Below, piece after piece: positions 1 through 7,577 of a stretch of DNA of 12,772 bases. The stretch is from the NCBI GenBank assembly GCA_040754655.1, contig JBFMCE010000103.1, forward strand, positions 1-12,772, written 5' to 3'. A program made the position numbers and the translations under genes. Under the pieces are notes generated by a model that was not told where the DNA came from, did not search any database, and saw only the letters and a list, made by a program, of their open reading frames with translations. Numbering within the stretch: the first letter of the stretch is position 1; every line of letters begins with the position of its first letter. Origin of the DNA: Bdellovibrionota bacterium (lineage in GTDB: Bacteria; Bdellovibrionota; UBA1018; UBA923).

Positions 1-2
1 CA

Positions 3-290
3 AAAAAGGCCCCGCATCTCTTGCCTGATATCTTCAGAGATAAAAGTAGCTTCTCGAATTTTTCATGGTGGCATGTCGTGCCCGGTTTGTGCGGGGTCAC
101 AATCATCGCGGGCATCAGTTTGGGGATTGGGCGAATCGGCGCGCTTAAGGTGTTCGTCGGGATGATCGGCGCTCAACTTTTGGGCAGTCTGATTTGGGAT
201 GCGTGGATAGAGCAGACGCCCGTCACTTTGACCCGAGTCGTGGGCTCAGTTTTAGCTCTTTTGGGCGCGGTTATGGTTAGCTTAAAATAA
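3..290 (+). CDS. DMT-superfamily small membrane protein (YdcZ/DUF606-like), 5'-truncated by the window edge
   Basis: Frame is open from position 3 (KKAPHLLPDIF...) to TAA at 288-290. 'WWHVVPGLCG', 'IGALKVFVGMIGAQLLGSLIWD' and 'TRVVGSVLALLGAVMV' match the WW..GG..G / G...Q....D / R..G..L...G pattern of YdcZ-type DMT exporters. Three to four hydrophobic helices. Confidence 0.8.
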   Translation, partial: KKAPHLLPDIFRDKSSFSNFSWWHVVPGLCGVTIIAGISLGIGRIGALKVFVGMIGAQLLGSLIWDAWIEQTPVTLTRVVGSVLALLGAVMVSLK

Positions 291-407
291 TAAAAGTTTA
301 GTCTCATTCGCGAGGACTCCTGTTTTATAAACAAAGGCGTGTAATTTTTCACTGCTTGATATAGAAGCTCGAAATTCATTTAATCTTTGGCAAAAGCGGA
401 AGGTGTA

Positions 408-1193
408 ATGCGTTTCATTGGCGTTCTAAGAAGTAATTACAAGTTGTTTATAATCCTGGCGCAGGTCAGCCTGATTTCTTCCAACGTCTTCGCTGCAACC
501 AGCCCTGTTTGCGCCGACGTACTCTTAGAAACCTTGCGTGGGAGGGCGCGAAATGTGGTGCTCAGAAAAACCAAGGGATTGTTGCCTGGAAATTCACCAT
601 TTGAGAGAGCTCGTTTTGTCATCAATACCTGGATTGAAGATTCTATCTACCGTGGTGGTCCAATGCCGGCGCCATCAAGCCCTGATCCAAGCTCAAAGAC
701 CTATTTCATTCGAACAAACGACAACCGATTGGCGCAGGTGCGACACTTTTTGGCTGAGCCCGGTCTTTGGGAAGTGGCAATCCTGGGTACTGGTGCAAAT
801 GGTCAGCCGGGGAATGTTCTGGCTTTTCTTCAATATTATTCTTATGAAGGCGGATTAATCGCTTCGATTAAAGACATGAGGATTCCGGATCAGGCATACA
901 GAGGGGATAAATTAGGAACATTGTTATTTGCAGAAATGGTCGCAAGTTTACCCTCTCTCAAAATTATCGAAACGAGATTGCAAACCGATAACTTCACCGC
1001 CTATTACGACGCAAAAAGCAAAGGCCTTGACCATGAACAGGCGATGAAGGAAACGCCGGCTTACAAAATCCGAAAAAAATTTGGGTTCACGACGATTCTT
1101 GGCAAAGACCACCCAGAAATCAAAGATTATTTAGGAAAGTATTGGCAATGGAGCAACTTTCCTCCATCGCTTGTGGTTGAGAAGGCGAAGTAG
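408..1193 (+). CDS. Secreted hypothetical protein with C-terminal GNAT acetyltransferase-like region
   Basis: ATG at 408 follows GGAAGG (398-403) and is preferred over TTG 387. Signal-peptide-like N-terminus MRFIGVLRSNYKLFIILAQVSLISSNVFA. GNAT motif-A-like 'IPDQAYRGDKLGTLLFAEMV' and motif-B-like 'AYKIRKKFGF'. Confidence 0.65.
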   Translation: MRFIGVLRSNYKLFIILAQVSLISSNVFAATSPVCADVLLETLRGRARNVVLRKTKGLLPGNSPFERARFVINTWIEDSIYRGGPMPAPSSPDPSSKTYFIRTNDNRLAQVRHFLAEPGLWEVAILGTGANGQPGNVLAFLQYYSYEGGLIASIKDMRIPDQAYRGDKLGTLLFAEMVASLPSLKIIETRLQTDNFTAYYDAKSKGLDHEQAMKETPAYKIRKKFGFTTILGKDHPEIKDYLGKYWQWSNFPPSLVVEKAK

Positions 1194-1207
1194 CTCATCA
1201 CAACTGT

Positions 1208-2896
1208 TTATGACGCTCGAACATCAATCACTTTGAACAGGTTGACGTCGAAGAGGCCTTTGTCGGTCAGCTTGAGCGAAGGAATGACGGGAAGGCTTAA
1301 GAATGCAAGTTGCAGAAAGGGCTCAGGCAATTCGCATCCGATCGACGCGCTTGCAGCATGTAATTTTTTGAGCGCTTGCTCAATCACATCTGCCGGTTCT
1401 TGGCTCATCAGTCCGCCAAAAGGCAGGGCCAGCTGGGCAAGCACGGTTCTATTCTGAACCACGCAGAACCCTCCCGCTGACGCGATCAAGGCGCTGAGCG
1501 CCGTTTGCATGTCGGCGGCATTGGTGCCTACGACGATAAGGTTGTGGCTGTCGTGCCCTACGCTTGAAGCGATCGCGCCATTTAAGCTACTCCCAAAACC
1601 AAGCACGTAGCCATTGGCAGGTTTCGATTTTTTTCCGTAACGTTCTAACACCGATAATCTCGCCACCCCCGGGTCGTTGTGATCCAAGATTAGGTGTTCA
1701 GTCAAGATTCGTCCGGATCTCACCCCGATGACGTTTACCCTGCCTTCTGCCGACCCAAGATCGCTTTCGCTTGGTGTTTCAGCTCGAATCGAGTTTTGTC
1801 TTCGATCTAGAGAGGCCTTGGCCAAGGCGATCTCATCTACTGGGATTCCGTTTTTATAAACAGAATGAATTGTGCAACTTCTTGAATCATCAAGCATTAC
1901 AAGATCAGCCCGGTAACCTGGCGCGATCGCTCCTAACCCCGCAAGCCGGTAATGCCTTGCCACGCTGAATGAGGCTGCCCGGTAAGCGATCTCAGGTTCG
2001 ATGCCGTATTTAATCGCGCTTCGCACGAGATGGTCGATATGCCCCTCTTTCGCGATATCAAGAGGATTACGGTCATCGGTGCAAAAGCCGATGCTGGTCG
2101 ATGTGGCCATGTTGAGCAGGGGTATGAGCGCTTGCAGGTCTTTGGCCACACTGCCTTCTCGAATCCAGACTGAAATTCCTTTGGTGAGTTTTTCGGCGGC
2201 CTCATCAAGATTCGAAGATTCATGGCAGCTTGATATTCCCGCCGACGCATAAGCCGAAAGAGCTTGTCCGTTGACCAACGGGCAATGGCCATCAATGGGA
2301 AGATGCGAAAACGCTTCAAGCTTATCGATTACTTCAGGTGCGGCGTTGAGCACCCCCGGAACGTTCATGACCTCGGCAAGTCCCAACGCCTTGGGATGCG
2401 AGAGCAACGAGACAAGTTGCGCCGCTGAGATTTTTCCTGCTCCGTTGGTTTCAAAGTCCGTCGCGGGAACGCATGAACTCAACATTACGCGAAGATCAAG
2501 CGCGAGCTCTAAGGCTGCATCCAGGAAATATTGAATCCCTTGAACGCCGCTGACGTTGGCGAGTTCGTGCGGGTCGCAAATCGCTGTGGTGGTTCCGCGC
2601 TTCAAAACAGCGTCTTGAAAGTGCGGGGGCACCAAGAGCGAGCTTTCGATATGCACGTGCGCGTCGATGAAGCCTGGAACAAGTGTTTTCCCTCTGCCTG
2701 AGATCGTGCGACGGGCTTTTAATCCACTCTCAATGCCCACGACCACTCCGTCAGAAATCGCGATCGTTCCTGTTCTGAATTTGCATGAGAAAACATCAAG
2801 AAAGGAGACGTCTTCAATAATGAGATCGCAGAGGATTTTTCCTTGCGCAGCCGCGATTCGTTTTTGGATAGGACTTATTGGCCTTTGGGTATTCAT
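1208..2896 (-). CDS. ade: Adenine deaminase (amidohydrolase family, AdeC type)
   Basis: 562 aa with PGFIDAHVHIESS, DPHELANV, GLAEVMN, DGHCP, CHES, IREGS, CTDDR, GAIAPGYRADLV and C-terminal SVGHDSHN and LSLPVIPSLKLTDKGLFDV motifs. Confidence 0.95.
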   Translation of the reverse strand: MNTQRPISPIQKRIAAAQGKILCDLIIEDVSFLDVFSCKFRTGTIAISDGVVVGIESGLKARRTISGRGKTLVPGFIDAHVHIESSLLVPPHFQDAVLKRGTTTAICDPHELANVSGVQGIQYFLDAALELALDLRVMLSSCVPATDFETNGAGKISAAQLVSLLSHPKALGLAEVMNVPGVLNAAPEVIDKLEAFSHLPIDGHCPLVNGQALSAYASAGISSCHESSNLDEAAEKLTKGISVWIREGSVAKDLQALIPLLNMATSTSIGFCTDDRNPLDIAKEGHIDHLVRSAIKYGIEPEIAYRAASFSVARHYRLAGLGAIAPGYRADLVMLDDSRSCTIHSVYKNGIPVDEIALAKASLDRRQNSIRAETPSESDLGSAEGRVNVIGVRSGRILTEHLILDHNDPGVARLSVLERYGKKSKPANGYVLGFGSSLNGAIASSVGHDSHNLIVVGTNAADMQTALSALIASAGGFCVVQNRTVLAQLALPFGGLMSQEPADVIEQALKKLHAASASIGCELPEPFLQLAFLSLPVIPSLKLTDKGLFDVNLFKVIDVRAS

Positions 2897-2899
2897 GGT

Positions 2900-3442
2900 T
2901 CAGAGAAGCCGTTGTATAGCATGAAGGATGCGGTTGACGATGCCAAATCTACTGACCTTCAGTTCATTCGTGGTTTGAGCGTAATCACGCGTTGCCTGTT
3001 GCCTGGCTTTTTTAAGGGCGCCGCCGTACTGCATGACCAGGCGGTCTCCTTCAGATTCCCACCGTTCAACGAAAACTTGGATCTTCTCGAGCTCACCGTG
3101 ATCAAGCCACGTGCCATGGCCGCGAGAGCATCGATCAATATGAATACCAGAGCTATAAGCGTAATTGATAGCCTGCATAGGTTGCAGGCAGGCCAGGCAT
3201 TTCAAAGAGGCAATGAGCGACTCTTTTCCAGTTACCGAGGCATTCGACTCATTTGGAATCACGTCTTTGTGTATTTCGCCAGAGAACTGCTTTTCGCGGC
3301 TATCGATGATTTTCTTGAGTTCGTCACCGTCACACCAAACGCCTTTGCACCTGGGGCATAAATCAACGCGTTCTGATTCATAGTGGATCTCGCGTAGGGG
3401 CTCTTGATCTCGAGGACAAAGCTTAGTGCCTTTTTTGTTCAT
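2900..3442 (-). CDS. Tandem Zn-ribbon (zf-TFIIB-like) domain protein
   Basis: Two repeats of the zf-TFIIB pattern: CPRD...VDLCPRCKGVWCDGDELKKI and CLAC...IDRCSRGHGTWLDHGELEKI. GAGGA RBS upstream on the minus strand. Stop lies 3 nt before the ade ATG. Confidence 0.85.
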   Translation of the reverse strand: MNKKGTKLCPRDQEPLREIHYESERVDLCPRCKGVWCDGDELKKIIDSREKQFSGEIHKDVIPNESNASVTGKESLIASLKCLACLQPMQAINYAYSSGIHIDRCSRGHGTWLDHGELEKIQVFVERWESEGDRLVMQYGGALKKARQQATRDYAQTTNELKVSRFGIVNRILHAIQRLL

Positions 3443-3575
3443 AAAGTGACCATCCTCATGAAGGTTTTTTATAGTTTAGCGGAGGTTCATGAGAAATACA
3501 CCAACCCTCAATACAATTTAACGCAACGCATAAATATGATTGACCTGGGGATTTGACCTTTGGTAGGCCCGGGGC

Positions 3576-4556
3576 ATGGGACTAAATACGGGTAGCTTAA
3601 CGAAGGTTTCGTGTACATTTCTTTTGTTCGGCATGTTGTTTGGCTTAACGGCAACTAACTCTGCCGCCATGCCAAGACGATCATCGAAGTTAGAGTTCTC
3701 AAAAGCAACTCCTGGTTCATGTAGCTACCTCTTGTCTGACAATGGTTATGGAGCGTACCTAGCATGGCATCGTAAAATGCTTAAGGAAGGAAAGATTTTA
3801 CGGGATGCCACTCTTGAACAAGAACAAGCTCTTGTTGAGCGAGCCAAGGCAGGAGACCAAGAGGCGCGAGATGCGCTTGTACTTTCGGTTCAGGGATATG
3901 CGATCAAGCTTGTTTCAAAGTATCCTTTTTCTGTTCGAATGGATCTGATTCATGAAGCCAATGAGATGGTTCTTAATCTGATTTCAAGCTATGACGCTTC
4001 TAAAGGAGTATTATTTAGAACGTATGCTTGGAACCGGATGCGCGGGACCTTGCTGGATTTTGCGCGAGAAAACGCGAGGATGGTTGTTCAGCCTAAGCTC
4101 AGTAAGAAAAGGCGCTCGATTTTGAAGAAAGTTGAGCAGGCGATCGCTGAAATTCAAAAAGATGGGTTTCATGCGACAGTTGACGCGATCGTCGAGAAAA
4201 CAGAGCTCTCAAATGAAGACGTGGCATGGGCGCTTCGGCACCCCCGCTTTAATTTAGACGTGAGTTTCGGTGAACCATTTGAGCCCCGTGATCCACACGT
4301 AGATATTGAAGGATCAACCCTTTCAAAACGCATGTTAGAAAGGTTTGCAGATGAGCTGCCGGGCTTTTTACGTTCTCTTTCAGAACAAGATCAGTTTATC
4401 TTTCGGGAGTATTTTTTATCGGAAACCCCTCGCAGCCTGGAAGAAATTGGCAATGAAATTAACCTTTCGAAATCGTGGGTTTCTAGGAAAGCAAAGGGGA
4501 CCAAGGATAAGTTTCTTAAATTTTTCCGTGCCCGTTTAGTGGATCAGGAAACTTAA
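3576..4556 (+). CDS. Sigma-70 family RNA polymerase sigma factor (FliA/WhiG-like regions 2 and 4) with N-terminal signal-peptide-like extension
   Basis: Region 1.2-like 'LEQEQALVERAKAGDQEARDALV'; region 2 'DLIHEANEMV...YDASKGVLFRTYAWNRMRGTLLDFAR'; region 4 HTH 'LSEQDQFIFREYF...SLEEIGNEINLSKSWVSR'. Start is uncertain: ATG 3576 has a weak RBS, and alternative ATGs exist at 3633 and 3669. Confidence 0.88.
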   Translation: MGLNTGSLTKVSCTFLLFGMLFGLTATNSAAMPRRSSKLEFSKATPGSCSYLLSDNGYGAYLAWHRKMLKEGKILRDATLEQEQALVERAKAGDQEARDALVLSVQGYAIKLVSKYPFSVRMDLIHEANEMVLNLISSYDASKGVLFRTYAWNRMRGTLLDFARENARMVVQPKLSKKRRSILKKVEQAIAEIQKDGFHATVDAIVEKTELSNEDVAWALRHPRFNLDVSFGEPFEPRDPHVDIEGSTLSKRMLERFADELPGFLRSLSEQDQFIFREYFLSETPRSLEEIGNEINLSKSWVSRKAKGTKDKFLKFFRARLVDQET

Positions 4557-4566
4557 AAAACCAGCT

Positions 4567-5223
4567 CTACTTTTGTTCTTTAGCAGCTCCAGTCATCGGA
4601 ACGAAGCTTACCCGTAAAAGCGCTTCTTGCACCAAACCAGATTCTGTTTTCGCAATCCGAACAAGCTCTTGGCGCTCTGAGCCCACAGGGATGATGAATC
4701 TGCCCCCGACCTTGAGCTGTTCAACCAGAGGTTCGGGGATGTGGTTTGGCGCCGCTGTGACGAAGATAACGTCAAAAGGGGCGTTTTCCTTCCAGCCCTC
4801 GTAGCCATCGCCTATGCGAACGTGAGCGTTTTCATACCTCAGCTCATGCAGAAGCCCTTTTGCCTTCAATCCTAAAGGGTCAATAATTTCAATTGTGTAT
4901 ATTTCCTTCGCAAGCTCAGCCAGAACCGCCGTTTGGTAGGCTGATCCCGTGCCGATCTCCAAAACCTTGTCAGTGGGCCTGAGCTGGGCTGCTTCGCTCA
5001 TGAATGCGACGATATAGGGCTGCGAAATCGTTTGTCTGTGCCCGAGCGGCAAGGGGGAATCAGAGTAAGCGTCTTGTTCGTATTCTTGGGGCACGAATTT
5101 ATGCCGGGGCACCTTTCTCATGGCCCTCAGAACGGCCTCGTCTTTCACTCCACGCGCGACGATCTGATCTTGAACCATCGCGTCTCGTTCGGTCTGCCTG
5201 TCGTTTTCCGCCATAATCTTCAA
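4567..5223 (-). CDS. pcm: Protein-L-isoaspartate(D-aspartate) O-methyltransferase
   Basis: VPRHKFVP, AYSDSPLPLG, QTISQPYIVA, VLEIGTGSAYQTAVLA, GDGYEGW..APFD, QLKVGGRFIIPVG and FVPM motifs. TTG 5223 has GAGGGG 10 nt upstream; ATG 5214 is an alternative start. Confidence 0.96.
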   Translation of the reverse strand: MKIMAENDRQTERDAMVQDQIVARGVKDEAVLRAMRKVPRHKFVPQEYEQDAYSDSPLPLGHRQTISQPYIVAFMSEAAQLRPTDKVLEIGTGSAYQTAVLAELAKEIYTIEIIDPLGLKAKGLLHELRYENAHVRIGDGYEGWKENAPFDVIFVTAAPNHIPEPLVEQLKVGGRFIIPVGSERQELVRIAKTESGLVQEALLRVSFVPMTGAAKEQK

Positions 5224-5268
5224 ATACTGTATTCCCCTCGCGATGTCAGCTGTGGCAAAGTGCGCTGC

Positions 5269-6519
5269 ATGTCACGATTAGGCTTTCAATTGCTGCATAC
5301 CGACTCAAAGACCCGCGCGAGAAGGGGAGAATTCGTCACGCCGCACGGAAAAGTGCAGACGCCCGTCTTCATGCCGGTAGGAACCTTTGCGTCAGTTAAA
5401 ACGCTGGAAGTGAAGGACTTGCACGAGCTTGGAGCCGAGGTGATCTTGGGGAACACCTATCATTTGCTCTTAAGACCCGGTCAAAAGGTGTTCGAGCGCT
5501 TTGGCGGCATTCATGGCTTTATGAAATGGAATAAGCCCGTGCTCACCGATTCTGGCGGGTACCAGATTTTTTGCCTGCCCACGCATCGGAAGATCACTGA
5601 AGAAGGAGCCGTCTTTCGAAGCTACGTCGATGGTGATCTGGTTTTATTGAGCCCTGAGAAGAGCATTGAAGTTCAAACTTCGATAGGCTCTGACATCATG
5701 ATGGTGCTGGATTGGTTCATCCATTCAACGGCTGATTTCGCTGAAACGCAGGCCGCTATGCAGATGACTCACAAATGGGCATTGCGAAGCCTAAGGGCGC
5801 GCACTCGCGAAGATCAGGCGCTTTTCGCAATTGTTCAAGGCGGGGTTTTTGAAGACCTTAGAAAACAAAGCGCCGAGTTTTTAACTCAGCATGAATTCGA
5901 TGGGTTTGCCATTGGGGGGCTTGCCGTCGGTGAAACGCGTAGCGAACGCGAAGACATGACCGAGTTTACGACCCAATTTCTGCCCTCCGATAAGCCACGT
6001 TATCTCATGGGAGTGGGCACTCCAATCGATCTTATTGAGGCCGTCAGGCGAGGCGTTGACATGTTCGATTGCGTCATCCCGACTATGTACGCTCAACGCA
6101 ATACGGTCTTCACGTCGATGGGAAAGGAAGATCTTTCCAGGAGCGTCTATAAATTCTCGGATGAGATGCTCGATCCATTGTGTGACTGCCCAACCTGCGG
6201 TTCAGTCAGCAAGGGATATCTGCACCATCTCGCAAAGTGCAAAGAACCCACCGGATGGAGATTGCTTGCGATCCACAATCTTTATTATTACCGGAATCTG
6301 ATGCGCCAAATGCGCTCGGCGATCGAACAAGACCGGTTTTTAGAGTTTTATCAAAATGCTAAGGCCACCTTTGGCGATTCGGGAAGTAGTCATTCGCTTA
6401 GAGCTGGGCCCGTTGCGCCATGTGTTGCATTCAATGCGGAACTGGGCGTTGCCGCTCCGGCGTTCGCAAATTCGATCGCCTCATCGCCCGTCTCGAGTCT
6501 ATCGACAGACGAAGCGTAA
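5269..6519 (+). CDS. tgt: tRNA-guanine transglycosylase (divergent Tgt family member)
   Basis: Start set to ATG 5269 (MSRLGFQLL), because the longer ORF from 5032 overlaps pcm. Motifs: TPVFMPVGT, ILGNTYHL, LTDSGGYQIF, IVQGG, AIGGLAVGE, KPRYLMGVG, DMFDCVIPT, and Zn site CDCPTC...HNL. Confidence 0.93.
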   Translation: MSRLGFQLLHTDSKTRARRGEFVTPHGKVQTPVFMPVGTFASVKTLEVKDLHELGAEVILGNTYHLLLRPGQKVFERFGGIHGFMKWNKPVLTDSGGYQIFCLPTHRKITEEGAVFRSYVDGDLVLLSPEKSIEVQTSIGSDIMMVLDWFIHSTADFAETQAAMQMTHKWALRSLRARTREDQALFAIVQGGVFEDLRKQSAEFLTQHEFDGFAIGGLAVGETRSEREDMTEFTTQFLPSDKPRYLMGVGTPIDLIEAVRRGVDMFDCVIPTMYAQRNTVFTSMGKEDLSRSVYKFSDEMLDPLCDCPTCGSVSKGYLHHLAKCKEPTGWRLLAIHNLYYYRNLMRQMRSAIEQDRFLEFYQNAKATFGDSGSSHSLRAGPVAPCVAFNAELGVAAPAFANSIASSPVSSLSTDEA

Positions 6520-7565
6520 TTCGAGAAGTGGGTGCTGGCTTTTTGAAAAGAGTCTTGGGCTTTCACGAGTTTGTCGCCAATTTCGTCGAACCTGGTTTTG
6601 AATTTCGCCAAATGGTCTCGTGCGAGCTGGATCTGAGAGATCGTTTTTTTCACGCCTTTGGCCATCTCATAATAATGCAATGACTTGCTGATGGAGTTCA
6701 CCGTGATCGCCAAAGTGTTCGGCGAGACCGGAAAGACCTTTTGCTCTACGATCGATTGCCAAAGATCGGTATCGCGGATCACTTCGAAATAGAGGGTCTC
6801 GGAAGGCAAGTAAAGCAGCGCGTAGTCAGTGGTGCCGAGTTTGGGTTTGATGTACTTTGTTTTGATGTCACGCACGTTTTGCTTCACCACCTCTGAAAGC
6901 TTTTTTCGGGCGCTCTTGAGCTGCTCGGGGTTGCTTGAGGCTTCAAACAAGGGAGCCACTTGTTCAAGTGAGAACTTGCTGTCGATCGGCAAAACGAGGT
7001 TCAAGTGAGGGAATTTGATCACCGCATCAACGAGGCTTGATTCGATCTGATACTGCATTTGAAAGTACCCGGCTGGCAGGAAATCAGAAAGCAGCCTTTC
7101 AAGATTGCCTTCGCCGATGATTTTTCCTCTGAGGTGAGGCAAGTTTAAGACATTGTTAAGCTCTTGAACCGAATGCCCAATCGAATTGAGGTTTGAGAGT
7201 TGTTTTTCCGCGCCCGCCAAAGTTTCTTGGATCTTTTGAAAGTGGGCAAACCCGTCCTGTATGTTTTTATCGAGTTTGGTCTGAACTTCCTTGCCAATGG
7301 CGTCTAGGCGGGTTGTAACCTTGCCTTCGAGGGCGTTGAACTTCGTTTCAAGGCTAGCGGTGGTTTTCAGCAGGCCATCCCGCAGCTCGTCGCGACCCGA
7401 CTTGAGATCTTCTTTAAGATCCCTGCTGACCCCTAAGAATTTTTCATTCAGGCGATCCGAGAGTTCCTGGCGAAGATCCGCCGAAGATTTTATGATGAAA
7501 ATAGTACAAATTACCGAGAGGACAGCCGATAGAGAACACAGGACGATCAAAACCGAAGCTTCCAT
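6390..7565 (-). CDS. rmuC: DNA recombination protein RmuC family
   Basis: Start set to ATG 7565 (MEASVLIVLCSLSAVLSVICTIFII, an N-terminal TM anchor), followed by a long coiled coil and a nuclease-like domain: RGKIIGEGNLERLL, VDAVIKFP, PIDSKF, KYIKP..TTDYALLYLPSETLY, VSPNTL. Confidence 0.92.
   Translation of the reverse strand: MEASVLIVLCSLSAVLSVICTIFIIKSSADLRQELSDRLNEKFLGVSRDLKEDLKSGRDELRDGLLKTTASLETKFNALEGKVTTRLDAIGKEVQTKLDKNIQDGFAHFQKIQETLAGAEKQLSNLNSIGHSVQELNNVLNLPHLRGKIIGEGNLERLLSDFLPAGYFQMQYQIESSLVDAVIKFPHLNLVLPIDSKFSLEQVAPLFEASSNPEQLKSARKKLSEVVKQNVRDIKTKYIKPKLGTTDYALLYLPSETLYFEVIRDTDLWQSIVEQKVFPVSPNTLAITVNSISKSLHYYEMAKGVKKTISQIQLARDHLAKFKTRFDEIGDKLVKAQDSFQKASTHFSNYASSVDRLETGDEAIEFANAGAATPSSALNATHGATGPALSE
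7505..7532 (+). promoter_or_regulatory. Possible sigma-28 (FliA)-type promoter for the metallophosphoesterase gene, embedded in the rmuC 5' coding region
   Basis: GCCGATAG at 7525-7532 is 7/8 to the GCCGATAA -10 consensus. TACAAATT at 7505-7512 is a weak -35 (5/8 to TAAAGTTT, spacer 12). The site ends 45 nt before ATG 7578. Confidence 0.3.
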
Positions 7566-7577
7566 GAGTTGACCATT

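Noticed and set aside
335..352. Sigma-54-like promoter (AGGCGTG...) upstream of the GNAT-like gene
   Set aside because: The -12 GC dinucleotide is absent (TTTT). I found no convincing promoter motif shared by the three secreted genes.
4089..4130. NLS-like basic stretch PKLSKKRRSILKK in the sigma factor
   Set aside because: It falls in region 3.0, which is naturally basic in FliA-type sigmas, so it is not evidence of nuclear targeting.
3576..5223. pcm next to a sigma factor, reminiscent of surE-pcm-nlpD-rpoS
   Set aside because: The genes are convergent, surE and nlpD are absent, and the sigma lacks RpoS signature residues.
5032..5268. 79-aa N-terminal extension of Tgt given by the ORF track
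   Set aside because: It overlaps pcm on the opposite strand, and Tgt homology begins at MSRLGF (5269).
3..6519. DMT transporter + adenine deaminase + tgt as a purine/queuine salvage or 7-deazaguanine DNA-modification cluster
   Set aside because: The genes are on different strands and separated by unrelated genes. No que, dpd or yhhQ genes are present, and the Tgt retains the tRNA-type architecture with Zn site.
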